Shown here: positions 11,052 to 24,305 of the stretch, one piece after another | Position numbering within the stretch: position 1 is the first letter of the stretch | Layout of the letters: each line of letters opens with the position of its first letter | Origin: Hormiphora californensis | Taxonomy: Eukaryota; Animalia; Ctenophora | NCBI GenBank assembly: GCA_020137815.1 | Contig: CM035351.1 | Span: forward strand, 4,154,001-4,218,000 | Direction of reading: 5' to 3' | DNA length: 64,000 nt | Notes under the pieces: generated by a model | What the model was told of the DNA's origin: nothing | The model's database searches: none | What the model saw: only the letters and a program-made list of their open reading frames with translations | Translations under genes and position numbers: made by a program

Positions 11052-13057
11052 TTGGCCAAGGCCCCGTCAGGATTACATACAGGACCAGTGTTGTCGCTAT
11101 ATTCTGTGCAAAGGTCTGCAAGGGCGTGTTAAACAAGATATCGAGCAAGGAAAAAAAGATCTGATTGCTTGCTTCACTGTGCAACAGTACGGTTATCTTG
11201 GACCGCTACCCAAAGTTGTTAGGTCACAGAACCAGCACAGCAAATTATTGTGATAAAATTTAGTATTAAAATTCTGAAGTTTAGGCACTACGTCGATTAC
11301 ATATTCGGTGTAGGGTTTTCCTGAATGTGGAAGTTTAAGAGCGTTACCCCTTTTAGGAAACCAGGGTAATTATTAAAAGAGCGTTACGCCACAGAAAGTT
11401 TGATTTACTTTACGTTCTACAGATCAATGTGTATCGGAAACTTCAGTACAGGTTTTTTTTGTAATACGTTCCAGATTTTATGAAATGTATCTGGTCTACT
11501 AAAATCCAGTGCAGCTTGGTTAAATTTTTTAAGTTTTAACGGTAGGCACTGAACCCTGCAGTGGCAGCCACAGCTAGGTTTAAGGCTGTAGGACCCTCTT
11601 AGGAGGCTCGTTGCGTGGGTACACTGTACGCACATGATAGGGCTGTAACCAATGTCAAGAATGTGTCGAAGCGTCGAGGCAAAGTCGAGACTTGTAGTTG
11701 GAAAAAATTCACGAAGGAAAATTTCGCGGTGGAACGAACCAACCAACAACAAAAAATAAAATATATAATATAACTGAAAACTGGCGCGCCGAATTTGCGC
11801 AGTATTCATATCGGTTTTAAGCGCGTTACAATCAAACAACGTTAATTGCAGCGCAAAATTGTTGCTCAAAACATTGACTTGAGCTTTTCCAAGATGGCCG
11901 TTTTGTCTTTCTCGCGCCGTTTTGTCTTTCTCGCGCTGATAGGGACGTCGCTCACCGTGCGTCCACGCGTCCATGGACGTTTCGTCTCTTATTGTTAAAT
12001 CATCGCGAAAACGTCAAAATTCAGACCTAAATTCAGACCTATCCTTTTTTTTAAATTGACCTATCCTAAATTCTGTCGATGTTCTACCGACCTGCCCTAC
12101 GTTAAACATTAAAATATCCTCTTGAGGATCTTGTACACAGGGGCAGGTCCGCGTGCCGGGTGGGTGTCCAGGTGTTTAAGGAGACATTCATTTTTTCCCC
12201 GCCCAGTGAATGCCGAAGGCATAGGGGTTTAGAATTCGACAATTTTGTATACTAGTGATGTGTCACGCTTTTTTGTCCCGTGACGTAACCGATCCGGCAT
12301 CCATAGCAACCATCCAGTGGGGAGCGATCACGATTTTCCTTGAAAACTCGTGTGTGCCATTATGCCGCACAATTTGCGCCAATTTTGATTTTCTTGAGCT
12401 CATCTGAAAGATCTCAATGTCCTCTTTCCAGTGAACCCAAGATTTTGCAAATTGGTCAAGAAATGGCTGAGCTATAGCCAAAACTTTTTTTCTTTTTTTT
12501 AGAAAATTCACTAACCCCAACACCGATTGGCATCACTTTCTAACAGCCGAAGAGAAGCTGCCGAAGAGAGAAAGGGGGTAACCATATGAAGAGTTAATCG
12601 CGATGAGTCTCATTCACATTGGGTATAGCCAAAACCGTTTAAAATTCTCAGGAGACGGATCAACCTTTACCGCTTACCGGAGATGGCATCGTGCGTGCAA
12701 GTAGCTACTAATAGGTCATCGCGTGCTACGTCGTTGTTCATTATTTAGTACTGACTGCATTAGTAAACTAGTTGTGATCTGAACTGCGCCTATTAGTGTT
12801 AGTACTAGGTTATCATAAAGCACTACAAATGGAGTCTAATTAGAAAACCCATCAGCTCTATACCGACTCACGTATCAGTACCCAATTAGAAGCAAGCATG
12901 GCAACTGGTACATGCCAGAGAGATCACATGCCATTACTATTTGGCGGGGAAACCAGGCGATATCGCAATTATTCTTGTTGTTTCGTTCATTTTATTGCTA
13001 TAAAATATTTTATATTCTACTCATATATTTTCTTGTATGATTTTGTAAGCACTGTTT

Positions 13058-13160
13058 TTGTCACCCCCAAATGACCACGCATGTGAAATTTATCAATTTT
13101 GACACGCAAAACATTCCACGCACGAAAAGGGGGGTGACAACTTCAAAAAATCCGACTTTA
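13058..13160. mobile_element. Partial copy of the MITE found at 34901-35051
   Basis: Shares gggtgacaacttcaaaaaatccgacttta and gcatgtgaaatttatcaattttgac. Confidence 0.7.
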
Positions 13161-13301
13161 GTGTCCTTTTAAATTGTTGATTTTATAATAACGTGTAATT
13201 TCCTTCGTTCCTCTTGATACTAAGATTCAACTAGGGTTCAACTATGAAATATCAATATTCATTACATGACATTTTTAATCTCTGTTTTAGCAAGGTTTGC
13301 C

Positions 13302-14388
13302 ATGTCTCACCGGACAGCTCGAGGTCGAGGTCGGCCGTTTTCTGGAATCAAGAGAGAGAAGCCGGAATCAGGGAATACAGTCTCCAAGAAACTTCTCCTC
13401 AATGCTCTGCGCTCAGGTGAGACATTTTACAACCACTGGAGGAATATATCATTGTGTGATGAGTTGCAACTTTCTCTCTGATTCGCTCTCTCACTCGACT
13501 AGTTCTCTGTCTCACTCTCTAGTCCCTCTGTCTCGCTTCCTGTATCTTTGTGCATCTATCTTTCATCTCTCGCATTATTCATAAGGCTTGTGGCTTTATC
13601 TCCCTCCCTCTATCTCTCTATCTCTCTCTAGTCTCTATACAGTTCTGTGAGTCTCCCCAAGTATGTAGTATGTACTGATCACTTGACATCTTTGGTGACT
13701 CATATTCATGATAGTACAATGTACTAAGTACATCCAATATCTCAGAGTATATTTTAACCAAGCATTCTGTCATCCCTCTCTGTCTGTATCCCAATAATTT
13801 TGTCTCTCCCTCTCTCTCTCTCTCTCTCCCCTCTCTCTCTCTCTCCCCTCTCTCTCTGTTTTACATTCGTATTGTCCAGTGTAGAAGGGTGATGACATGC
13901 GTGTGTGCGTCCTTACTACACATAACACACACTTGGAACCTTCTTTAGTAGTTTTCTTGCCGAAATTCCCCGCCCTCCACCTACGGTTGTAATTCTGGAA
14001 AAAAGACAACTTGTCTGTCATGTGTGTTTCACTGTGTTACTCTCTCAAAATAGACATGTCCTAATTTGTTAATTTGACGGCCGCGACCACTCTGCTCCCC
14101 CTTGTTACTATTGCGATGTTTGTGTGCAACTTTAGTTTTTCCGGGTGTATTACGGTTAAGAACCATATTTTAAATTTCACCAAAGTCTACTGCTATACAA
14201 GTTGTGCAGAACAGAATTTTTGACCGGTAGTACCCAGTATATATGTATTACGGTAGCCTAAATGCTGTTTCCTGCGATAGCTGCAACGAAACACAGAGAC
14301 CTGAATAGAAAGGAGAACAAATGGCTGTGTATGGGGAGCTCTGTTGCTATCCGCTCTAATTTGATATGCCACCATGAGAGCTGGCTGT

Positions 14389-14477
<89 letters not shown>

Positions 14478-14509
14478 CTCTCTCTCCCTCTCTCTCTCTC
14501 TCTCTCTCC

Positions 14510-14577
<68 letters not shown>

Positions 14578-15078
14578 CTCTCGATTCCTCCAACTACTCA
14601 CACGTCGAATTCCTCGATCAGCAGCTCCTCCTTTATTTTGAACCGTTGCCATCAACATATCTTTTTTTAGTGTTTTTTAGTTCATACACCGCGTCACTTA
14701 TTTTAGTAAAAACAGCTTGACTCCTCTCCAATGTTCTGACTTCACTTTCTCTTTTCAAACTTGGTTGCTATGGTGGTTGCTATGGTTGCTATGGTTGGCC
14801 CAATTGCTCAATGGGCTGTCTGGGCCAATGACCGCTTTCCATACTCTTTCCAAGTCTCAGATCCGATCTCTTCTTGCTTGTTGTATGTATCTCTCCTTCC
14901 CTTGCAATTATACACTATGGGTTTCCTGGTCTCTATCCTCTAGGAAGAGAGGGAGAGAGGCAGATAGATAGAGAGAGGGAGAAAGAGAGGGAGAGAGAGG
15001 CAGATAGAGAGAGAGAGGGAGAGAGGGAGAAAGAGAGGCAGATAGTTAGAGAGAGGGAGAAAGAGAAGGAGAGAGAGG

Positions 15079-15120
<42 letters not shown>

Positions 15121-18100
15121 AAGAGAGGCAGATAGATAGAGAGAGAGAGAGGGAGAAAGAGAGGGAGAAAGAGAGGCAGATACAACGGGTACAAGGGAGA
15201 GAGGGAGATAAAGAGAGGGAGAACTGCACAGTGTATAACATTGCTCTCTGTTGTGTCCTGATCTACAGCTCATTTCCCCAGTATGTCAGAGGACCTGGAC
15301 CCCCTATCAACAGGCCCCCCTGTGCCTACTGTGAACGAACCCCCGGTAGCAGCCAGTAGTCCCAAGGCCACAACACCTGCAGCAGCCAGTAGTCCCAAGA
15401 CTCCTGCCCGGAACCTTAGCATGCCATCCTCAGCGGCCATCAGTGGGGCAGTTATAGGGAGCCCATCTTATAGTGCAGCAGCTCCCTTCATGTTCCCTGC
15501 CTCTGCCATGCCCATGTTTGGTATGATGCCTCCCCAAACAGCTGCCCCAGCTGGACCAATCACCCTGGAGTCTCTAGCCCAGCAGATATACGGGTTATCC
15601 CAGTGTGTGGCTGGGTTAACACAGCGGGTGGGCGATAACCAGAGGCTGTTTGAGGAGAATATGAGGCTGAAGGACGTGGTCATTGATCTGGAGTTCAAAT
15701 TGAGGGATGCCAATCAGAGGGCTAGTAATCTGGACTCCCTGAAAGAGGCTATGACTTCACAGTTTAGTGAGCTAAACAAGAGTTTACGTGGTGGTGGTGT
15801 GTCTTTAGATCAGTCTATGATGCTGGATGTAACTGGTCCAGTGGGAGCTCCTGGGGAGCTGCTGGGGGTCCAGGGAGAGTATGAGAGTCAGATACTTGCT
15901 AATGCCATGTCACCTGAACCACCGATTGTCAGCGACCAACTAATGCCCGAACCTGGTGAGTAGAGTGGGTTCTGAACATCGTAATACACGGCGTGCCTGG
16001 TGAAATTTTAACACGACCTAGCATGCAACGGGAAACCACTACTTGTACGTGGTAGCTGAGGGTCTACAGAATGGCGCTACGGTGCGGGAAAAAAAAGTCC
16101 ATGCCCTAAAATCGTTTTTTTTACTTTTATTTGATTTGGGTCAAAATTGGCTATATTAAACGTGGTCCCGAAAAATCCATAATGACTTAGCACACGAAAT
16201 ATGTCACCCCCACCTATTTTTGCACGTAGAATCGATTGCCGTTGAAGTCGAATCTCTAAAATGACTGTAAAATGGTCAAAAGTTGATTTTTTACCATTTT
16301 TTGGAGGTTTTTGGCCCCTAAACCATTGAAAACGTTGAGATAGGAATTTGAAACTAGTGCCAATCGTTAAAATGGTCATTTTTCTACCAAGAACCAAGTT
16401 TTCGTGTATATCCGATTTATGGTTAGATTTGGGCAAATTGTTGAAATCTGCCAACTAGGAGAACCGTAACTTGATTTTCTTGTTTTTTGGATTTTGGCAT
16501 TTTTGACAAACTTCTGATTGAAATGGTCAATCGGGACCATGCTTAAGTTGTTTATGGGACAATTTTCGACTAAAATCCAAGATTTCATACCAATCCAATA
16601 ACAGATCGTTGATTTATAGAAAATTTAAGTAGGCAAAACGGTGAAAATAAGCAAGAAAAGTTGTCATTTTGACCGTTTTGCCTACTTAAATTTTCTATAA
16701 ATCAACGATCTGTTATTGGATTGGTATGAAATCTTGGATTTTAGTCGAAAATTGTCCCATAAACAACTTAAGCATGGTCCCGATTGACCATTTCAATCAG
16801 AAGTTTGTCAAAAATGCCAAAATCCAAAAAACAAGAAAATCAAGTTACGGTTCTCCTAGTTGGCAGATTTCAACAATTTGCCCAAATCTAACCATAAATC
16901 GGATATACACGAAAACTTGGTTCTTGGTAGAAAAATGACCATTTTAACGATTGGCACTAGTTTCAAATTCCTATCTCAACGTTTTCAATGGTTTAGGGGC
17001 CAAAAACCTCCAAAAAATGGTAAAAAATCAACTTTTGACCATTTTACAGTCATTTTAGAGATTCGACTTCAACGGCAATCGATTCTACGTGCAAAAATAG
17101 GTGGGGGTGACATATTTCGTGTGCTAAGTCATTATGGATTTTTCGGGACCACGTTTAATATAGCCAATTTTGACCCAAATCAAATAAAAGTAAAAAAAAC
17201 GATTTTAGGGCATGGACTTTTTTTTCCCGCACCGTAGCGCCATTCTGTAGACCCTCAGCTACCACGTACAAGTGGTGGTTTCCCGTTGCATGCTAGGTCG
17301 TGTTAAAATTTCACCAGGCACGCCGTGAATACTTAGTAAGCTATTTTCTCACTTATATTTTCAATTCAGTTTCGCTCTGGGTTTCTCACTATTTCTTCCC
17401 CTCTCTCTTGTCTCTATTCCCCTCTCTGTCTCTACTTTCTATTCCTTTCTCTTTGTGTCTCTATTAATTCGGTTATGTTTACTGAACAAGTCTCACACAC
17501 ACTACACACACACATGCTTGCTCCCAATGGGAGTCCCATAGTTTCTACATCAGCCTAATTCTTCCTGCCTTTCTTTAATTGCCTCTCTCTCTCCAGTCTC
17601 TGCTGTGTTGGTTTGTGTGTGTTGCAGTGTAGCATGGACCGAGTTGAACCCTTTGATCCGGACTCCGGGAATAGTTTTGCAGATTATGTTGACCAGCTGG
17701 AGTTTTATTTTGAGTCCGTTGACCTGGACCTGGGTTCGGTGTTCAAGTCTGATCCCGATTACACGCCCAAGATGGAGAGGGTGAGATCTAAACGGCGGGC
17801 AGTCCTCCTATCCCAGTGTGGTCCAAAGTGTTTCGAGGTGTTGAAGAATCTAGCGACACCTGTGTCCTGTCAAGGAGTTTAGTTTTGAGGAACTGGTCGA
17901 TCTGGCCAAGGGGTATTTTGATGGTGAGGATAATCCTTTGGAGTTTCGGTTTAAGTTTGGAACAAGAGTCCGTGAGGAGTCTGAGCGGTTTTCAACGTTT
18001 CACGGAGACTTATGTGAGATTAGCTAAGAAGTGTAACTTTGGTTTGCAGCTGGAGGAGCGGATTAGAGATCAGGTGTTGTGCGGTGTGAGGGATGAAGAA

Positions 18101-21100
18101 ATAGTGGAGAAGTGGATTAAAAACAGGGCCTTGTCATATGAAGATGTGGTTTCTGAGGGGGCAGAGTTTGATAAACAATTTAAAGGTGGGGAGTTGCAGT
18201 TAAAAGTTGTGGCTCACCTTCACAAAATTTCAACAATTGTATTTGATCACACACCCCTTGCTCTGCCGAACCCTCACGGAATGCAGTGTGAGCTACACAT
18301 CAAACCCCTTGATCAACACTCACTGTCCCAATCTCATCTCGCCCTCCCAGTTCCCTTTGTATGATATCTTCCCCACTTATGGTCATTTTTTTTTTTAACT
18401 TGTGCAACTACCAAATTTTTTCAAATGATCATAGCAAAATAGCTGTGGCCACTGGAAATTTACTCAGCACCTCAAAAAATCGAGAAATATTAAAAGTTCA
18501 ATTTAGTGAAAGAACGAAGTCTCTAGCTTACTCCAGTGAGGTGCTATAGCATTTCTACGCCGTGAGGTGCTATCGTGAGGTGCCCCCGATTTGTAGAAAT
18601 ACCGTTTGATCAAAAATCTCCAAACTTTCAGAAATGGTGGGGATATTTCTAACTCATCAGATGAGGTGAAAACCATGGAAAAATTTACTCATTTGGTGAG
18701 GTGCAAGCCGATTTTAGAGCTAAAAGTTTACTCACTAGGGGTCAAATGAGTAAATAAAGAATTGAAACTTGGCATAAAGCAAGATTAGACAATTTCCCTC
18801 CTGATTTACCGAAAATTTGCTCTAAAAATTACTCAGCGAGTGAGGTGCAGACCCTCAAAAAATGACATATTTTACCTACTTCTCCAGTGCACCTCACAGG
18901 TTGAGCAATGACCTTGGAATCGATTAGGTAGTGTTTGGGGATGTCATATGAGCAAATTAAGGCCACTTTTAGAACTATATACTCACTGAGTGAGGTGCAA
19001 TTAGCGTTTGAAGAAAATACAGTTTTTTGGGTGCACCTCACTCATTGAGCAAAATTTTTGGAACTTTTTTGGTACAAATGATGGTTTTGAGTCTACTGCA
19101 AGTATCTAGCTAGGAAAAGTCGTGAAACATGAGGTGCTACGGGCTTAAAAGTAGCTGTAAGTATACAGTGTAACTTTAAACACCGGTTGCACCTCATAGA
19201 TTGAGTAAGTTTGCTTACATATTTTAAAGGTGTTTATATTGGACATTTTTCAGCATATTTTCGAAAATTTTAGGAAAAAATGTTAAAATTTGACGGAATG
19301 GCACACGCTTTTGCAAACATGGTCACCGGCACCTCACGAGATGAGTTTTTAATTTATTTTGCCTGTAAATCTATTCCCTATACACTTTTACACATAATAT
19401 TCGTTGGAAAATAATATTTTTTGACAAAAACTATGATAAAAGTCGAAAAAACTGAACTTATGTCATTTTCGGAAAAATTTTTGCACAAGTTAAAAAAAAA
19501 AATGACCTTATATCTCTCTCCCAAACGCCCCAACAAATTATATGACCCTCACTTTCTCTCTCTCTCCCAAACAAATTATATCACCCTCTCTCCCAGGAAC
19601 ACTGAACCTGCAGAACCGAGAGATGTCAGTTATACCGGATGATGTTTACAATCTTAACGATCCGGAGCTGCTGAAGAATGTTATCGGGGAAGGAGATGAT
19701 CTGAAGTGGTGGGAAACTGAACCAATCGCAAAACTGTATTTGTGTAGCAACAAGATTAGTTCAATAACTCCTGCCATTGCTGGTCTCAATTCGCTCACCC
19801 TGCTGGACCTTCGTGATAATCAGATAGAGGTAATTAATTAACTCATTAAGTAATTGATTTTAATGAAATATGTTTTGCCATTGCTCTTAATACGATCCAT
19901 TTATAACCCATTCTCTCCCTATTCCAGTCCCTCCCAGACGCGATTTATAACCCACTCTCTCCCTATTCCAGTCCCTCCCAGACGCGATGTCACAACTGGA
20001 ATCTCTTGTCCGACTGGAGCTATCTCACAACAAGCTCAGTACCCTCCCTACCTCCCTCAGTCCCTCTCTTCAACATCTCTCCCTAAACAACAATAACTTT
20101 GAAGTCTTCCCTGAGGCTGTGTCAACCCTTTCCGCACTTGCCACCCTGGATATCAGAGGTAAATGCATCCATATTTTTGCTTGGAGCTAATAGTTCTAGT
20201 ATTGGTTTGGTCGAATATTTACACAATTTGACAGGATTATAAGTTTTTTGCTGCTATGTAAAACATGACTCCTCACGCCCTATCCTTACTATAATACCCT
20301 CAGTCATATCATAGACAACAACGCTGCACATCTCTATCTCTCTCTAAGTGATATTTTCAGGATAGTGTCATGTTACACACTGCATTAGATCATCACGTAA
20401 CGGCGCTGAATGAAAGCAGACAAAGGCTGATAAAATCCCCCTATTTTCAGAGAATAAGATCACCACGATCGGTGTCCTGCCCCAGAGTTTGCAGAGCCTG
20501 GTAGCAGATGATAACAAGTTAACCAGTATTGCCATGGAGGGACACCCGAATATCACCGCCCTGACTGTTAACAGTAACTCTATCACCAGCTGTAGAGTGG
20601 GAAATAATCCGAAACTGAAGGTTAGTAAAATATCCGATATTTTCAAATGTACTGATGTGAATATCATGCTCTTGCTCCCTTCACAATGTGTAGGGTTGAG
20701 GAAACACATGAGAAATGGAGGGACGTGGAGTCCACATCCCTCCATTTCTCATTTACTTCCTCAACCCTCCCTTTCATATTCTCACTCTAATTCCTCCTCA
20801 ACCCTCTCCAGGTATTGGCTGTTAAGATTAACAAGTTGGAGGCACTTGATGCCCTAGTCAACTGTCCCGAGCTCCAGGAGCTCCTAGTTGGCAAGAATTT
20901 CATCACTTCTCTAGATTTTGTAGCCCCCGTTGCCACAACCCTTACCGTACTGGACTGCTCTGATAACAAGGTTTGCCATCTTTATATTTGATACAGTCCC
21001 ATTTGGCCCACTGGAGTTCAGACTTCAGGTGACTCCAGGGGAGCGTTGAGTGACTCAACACGTATGTCGTATCCATCTATTTTCCACAGTCCTGTAAAAG

Positions 21101-22554
21101 AAACCTTCTGTGTAACTCCCCCTCTCTCTCCTGTCTGACGCATGACACTGTGAACAATTCAACTGTCTAACTCTATCATGTCCAACAGGTGTCTGCAGTA
21201 CCAGGGAACATCACGGGAATGACATCACTACGACGCCTCGACCTAACCAACAACGACCTTAACTCTCTACCCCCTGAGCTATCTCTAATGGATGGTCTGA
21301 CGTCCCTTGCAGTGGAGGGAAACCCCCTAAAAACGATCCGGAGAGAGATCATTTCCAAGGGAACAGTGGCCATCAAGGAGTATCTGAAGTGAGTAACATG
21401 TTAGATCATCCTACATTCAAATTTCAATATGCATCGTGCCTTTCGAATTACTCCAAAGCAATATTTCGATAGTATCAATTTATTTTCAACTTCGTATATT
21501 CTAACATGTCCCGTACTTTCCTCAGATTAAAATTGGACCCATCGGCTCTGGAAGAGTCAGGTCCCACAATCCCTGACATCAAGCCTGACGAGGTTATGAT
21601 GCAGACCAAAACTATGGAGATGAATGGGAAGTTGGACTTCCCGGCCGAGCTTTGGGACCAGGCCCTAGTTTGTGGTATTGTCCGGCTGTCCCTACAAGGC
21701 TGCTCCCTGGGAAGTGTTCCAGAGCAGGTCTACACACTCCGGGGTACCCTTCAGGAGCTGGAACTGGGCCAAAATAACATCAGGGAGATTTCACCTGAGA
21801 TGGGGAAAATGGTGAAATTAAGGAAACTTAACTTGATCAATAACAGTGTTAAGGAACTGCCCCAAGAAATGAGGTACTTATCTGAAAATATCAAGTTTAA
21901 ATCGAGGTGTAGAATGATCTGATTTAGCATATTTTGTTCCTTCACTTTCACTATTTACTGGATACGTATCTATTAACACTCTCTCTACAGTGGGTTGATA
22001 GCGTTAGAGGATTTGAATATGAGTCACAATAAACTGACTGAGATTCCAGAGACAGTCTACAGCATGAAGGCTCTCTGCTCTCTAATCATGTCCAACAACC
22101 AAATAGGAAAGGTTGAGGTGAGTACACGGACTTTGGGGGTGGGACAGGAGTAGGGATAGTGGTACGAGTAGAACTGGATATTTAAGTTGTGTTATAGTGG
22201 GGGGTGGAGCTATAGATTCTAGAAGGTCTACATTGTTGAGAGTGTATCATATACTAGTGTAACATCAATTAAACATGCTACAGCATTCTACATATTCATT
22301 GCACACTAATAATAGCACACACTAATGTAATGTAATCTCCACTCCAGCCGAGCAAGCTGATAGGCCTGACATCCCTGGTGTGTATTGATCTCGAGAATAA
22401 CAATATCGGCCGACTACCCCCTGAGCTATCCCTGATCCCGAACCTCCGGACTCTCCTTGTCATGGGAAACTCCTTCAAGATTCCACGAGCTGATGTTTTG
22501 GCGAGGGGCAGCACAGAAATCATCGCGTGGCTGAAAAACAAAGTGCCCCTTTGA
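13302..22554 (+). CDS. LRRC40: Leucine-rich repeat-containing protein 40-like
   Basis: Exons 13302-13416, 19597-19829, 19972-20158, 20451-20620, 20812-20970, 21189-21388, 21526-21873, 21991-22117, 22348-22554. Family-like segments LLNALRSG-TLNL, KWWE, LRRs, GNPLKTIRREIISKGT, GNSFKIPRADVLARGS. Confidence 0.85.
14393..14575. repeat. (CT)n microsatellite; other (GA/CT)n tracts at ~1780-1845, 2838-2900, 14945-15220, 23553-23632, 30610-30745, 32860-32980, 58555-58837
   Basis: Directly visible; these tracts generate the spurious ER/SL-rich ORFs. Confidence 0.95.
15283..15963 (+). CDS. Pro/Ala/Ser-rich plus coiled-coil ORF (226 aa) nested in LRRC40 intron 1; unknown function
   Basis: Non-repetitive ORF, acceptor ttccccag|t just before the ATG, GTGAGT donor at 15956. 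Confidence 0.55.
   Translation: MSEDLDPLSTGPPVPTVNEPPVAASSPKATTPAAASSPKTPARNLSMPSSAAISGAVIGSPSYSAAAPFMFPASAMPMFGMMPPQTAAPAGPITLESLAQQIYGLSQCVAGLTQRVGDNQRLFEENMRLKDVVIDLEFKLRDANQRASNLDSLKEAMTSQFSELNKSLRGGGVSLDQSMMLDVTGPVGAPGELLGVQGEYESQILANAMSPEPPIVSDQLMPEPGE
15987..17327. mobile_element. Foldback non-autonomous DNA transposon, CAC...GTG ends, 4-bp TSD AATA (Chapaev/CMC-like)
   Basis: Arms of ~655 bp give identical 70-aa and 125-aa translations on opposite strands; ~30-nt spacer; AATA at 15983-15986 and 17328-17331. Confidence 0.88.
17634..18190 (+). pseudogene. Degenerate Ty3/gypsy-type gag fragment
   Basis: VEPFDP, RAVLLSQCGPKCFEVLKNL, LAKKCNFG, IRDQVLCGVRD across frameshifted ORFs. Confidence 0.75.
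18381..19507. mobile_element. Non-autonomous TIR element, GG...CC ends, 4-bp TSD TTAT (Kolobok-like)
   Basis: TIR ggtca(t)n-aacttgtgcaa; TTAT at 18377-18380 and 19508-19511; many internal TGAGGTGC/GCACCTCA motifs. Confidence 0.8.
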
Positions 22555-23548
22555 AGTAAAACTCTAATTTTGTTGTTATGATGCTATGTCTATTCATTTT
22601 TTAAAGGACTGTGAAGAGTGAGGGAGATATAAATAATGTGTAATTTCTGTAACCCTTCTATCATGGTATTTTGTTACACCCATTTTGTAAAACGAGACCG
22701 CTATCATTTCGTGTATCATGAGACAAAGTGTGTGACATGAATGGCAAAAGTTTCTTGCGCGCGGCTCCCATACGGCTCACAAATGAAGAAAGCATTCAGT
22801 TTCAGCACCGCTACTGCGCGTTCACATGGTTGAATGCGGAGGGAAGGAGTGATATGATGCGACCAGCGACAGATAGAGACCATCTGCATCTCTCTGGATC
22901 AAAGCTGCTAGCCATTTCTGTCATCACGTCCCGTATCTTGTCACAGTGTAACTGACGACACGAGAGAAACCTACAAACTCACTCAAACAATAAATGTGTA
23001 CCACTACTACATCTGAGCAGCATCTGAACTCATATGCATTCCATTTCCACTCGCCACTCGGCATCAGATGTTTTGTTCTCCAGTTGCCAAGTTCCCCGTT
23101 TAATCATCCTGATGCTAGGCCTGACCATGGCCAGGCTGGCAGGCTACTAATATTAATTCTTCTCGCTTCTTAGCCATCGGGCCATATAACACAGTCTACC
23201 TACATCCACACGACTGTGACTCGGACTAATGCTGCAGGCTAGACTCTGACTTTTAAATGCCAATACCACTCAACAGCTTTTAGAAAATTGGCCTGACAGC
23301 CCAACAGTCAACACAGCTTACAAGCCCCGTCAATTTTCAATCAGCATTCGGCAAGAGGATACACAAAATTACCCCGGTATATATATTCCTACACAGGTAG
23401 TTTCTGAAGAGGCCGGAAGCGTAAATTTTAACTGCCTTGCCACGAGAACCATTATTTTGAAAATTAAGCCCCGCCGCTTCCTGCCCAATTGCATACATTG
23501 TTCTCTCTCTCACTCTTTATGTCCTTCTCCCTCGACCCTCACACACTC

Positions 23549-23636
<88 letters not shown>

Positions 23637-23952
23637 CCTACTCCCTAGCTCCTTTGTTTCTCTGCCACCCTCTCTATTTTCACCACACAACAAAGCCTCT
23701 TTTCTTTACTTTGTTCAATGCAGCTCTCAGCCCGTCACCAGTCGACTAATATGTGTGAACATGAAGTTATAGCCGCAGCTAGGCAGTAGTTTTCTAGTTT
23801 TAGCACTCTAAGGTTCTCATCACTTCTGCACTTGCGGACACAGAGGCTGCTCTTAGTTTAGTTTGATAGTTTAGTCCATGTGTTGCAAAGTGCAAACACT
23901 GCTATTACTACACGGCTAGCATCTGACAATTGGAGACAATCTCTATACAGTA

Positions 23953-24216
23953 TGCCCTCTCGCTAACAAACTACAAGGATCTGTCTTGAGTGTGTTAGTC
24001 CTCATTAGTAATTCGCATTATAGCAAAGCAAGGGCCGCCGACCGAGGACATCCCCCTCTGATTAATATCAGTATAGTATACTGAGACAGATACTGAGAAG
24101 ATATTAATCAGAGGGGGATGTCCTCGGTCGGCGGCCCTTGCTTTGCTATAATGCGAATTACTAATGAGGACTAACACACTCAAGACAGATCCTTGTAGTT
24201 TGTTAGCGAGAGGGCA
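23953..24216. repeat. Palindrome, ~117-bp arms with ~30-nt spacer (MITE-like)
   Basis: tgccctctcgctaacaaac...attaatatc mirrored by gatattaat...gtttgttagcgagagggca; no clear TSD. Confidence 0.85.
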
Positions 24217-24267
24217 GCATTTTCACTTTCAGTGACTGGGACAGCGAGCGATAGAGAGATAGAGAGA

Positions 24268-24305
<38 letters not shown>

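Noticed and set aside
4300-11253. Plus-strand ORFs overlapping the exon-1 copies (4300, 5206, 10777)
   Set aside because: Antisense shadows of the duplicated G-alpha exon.
12190-12720. Possible Helitron-like repeat (partial inverted match to ~5135-5175)
   Set aside because: Boundaries and diagnostic ends could not be established from this window.
16077-17237. Duplicated 125-aa and 70-aa ORFs on opposite strands
   Set aside because: Mirror products of the palindrome with no recognisable domain.
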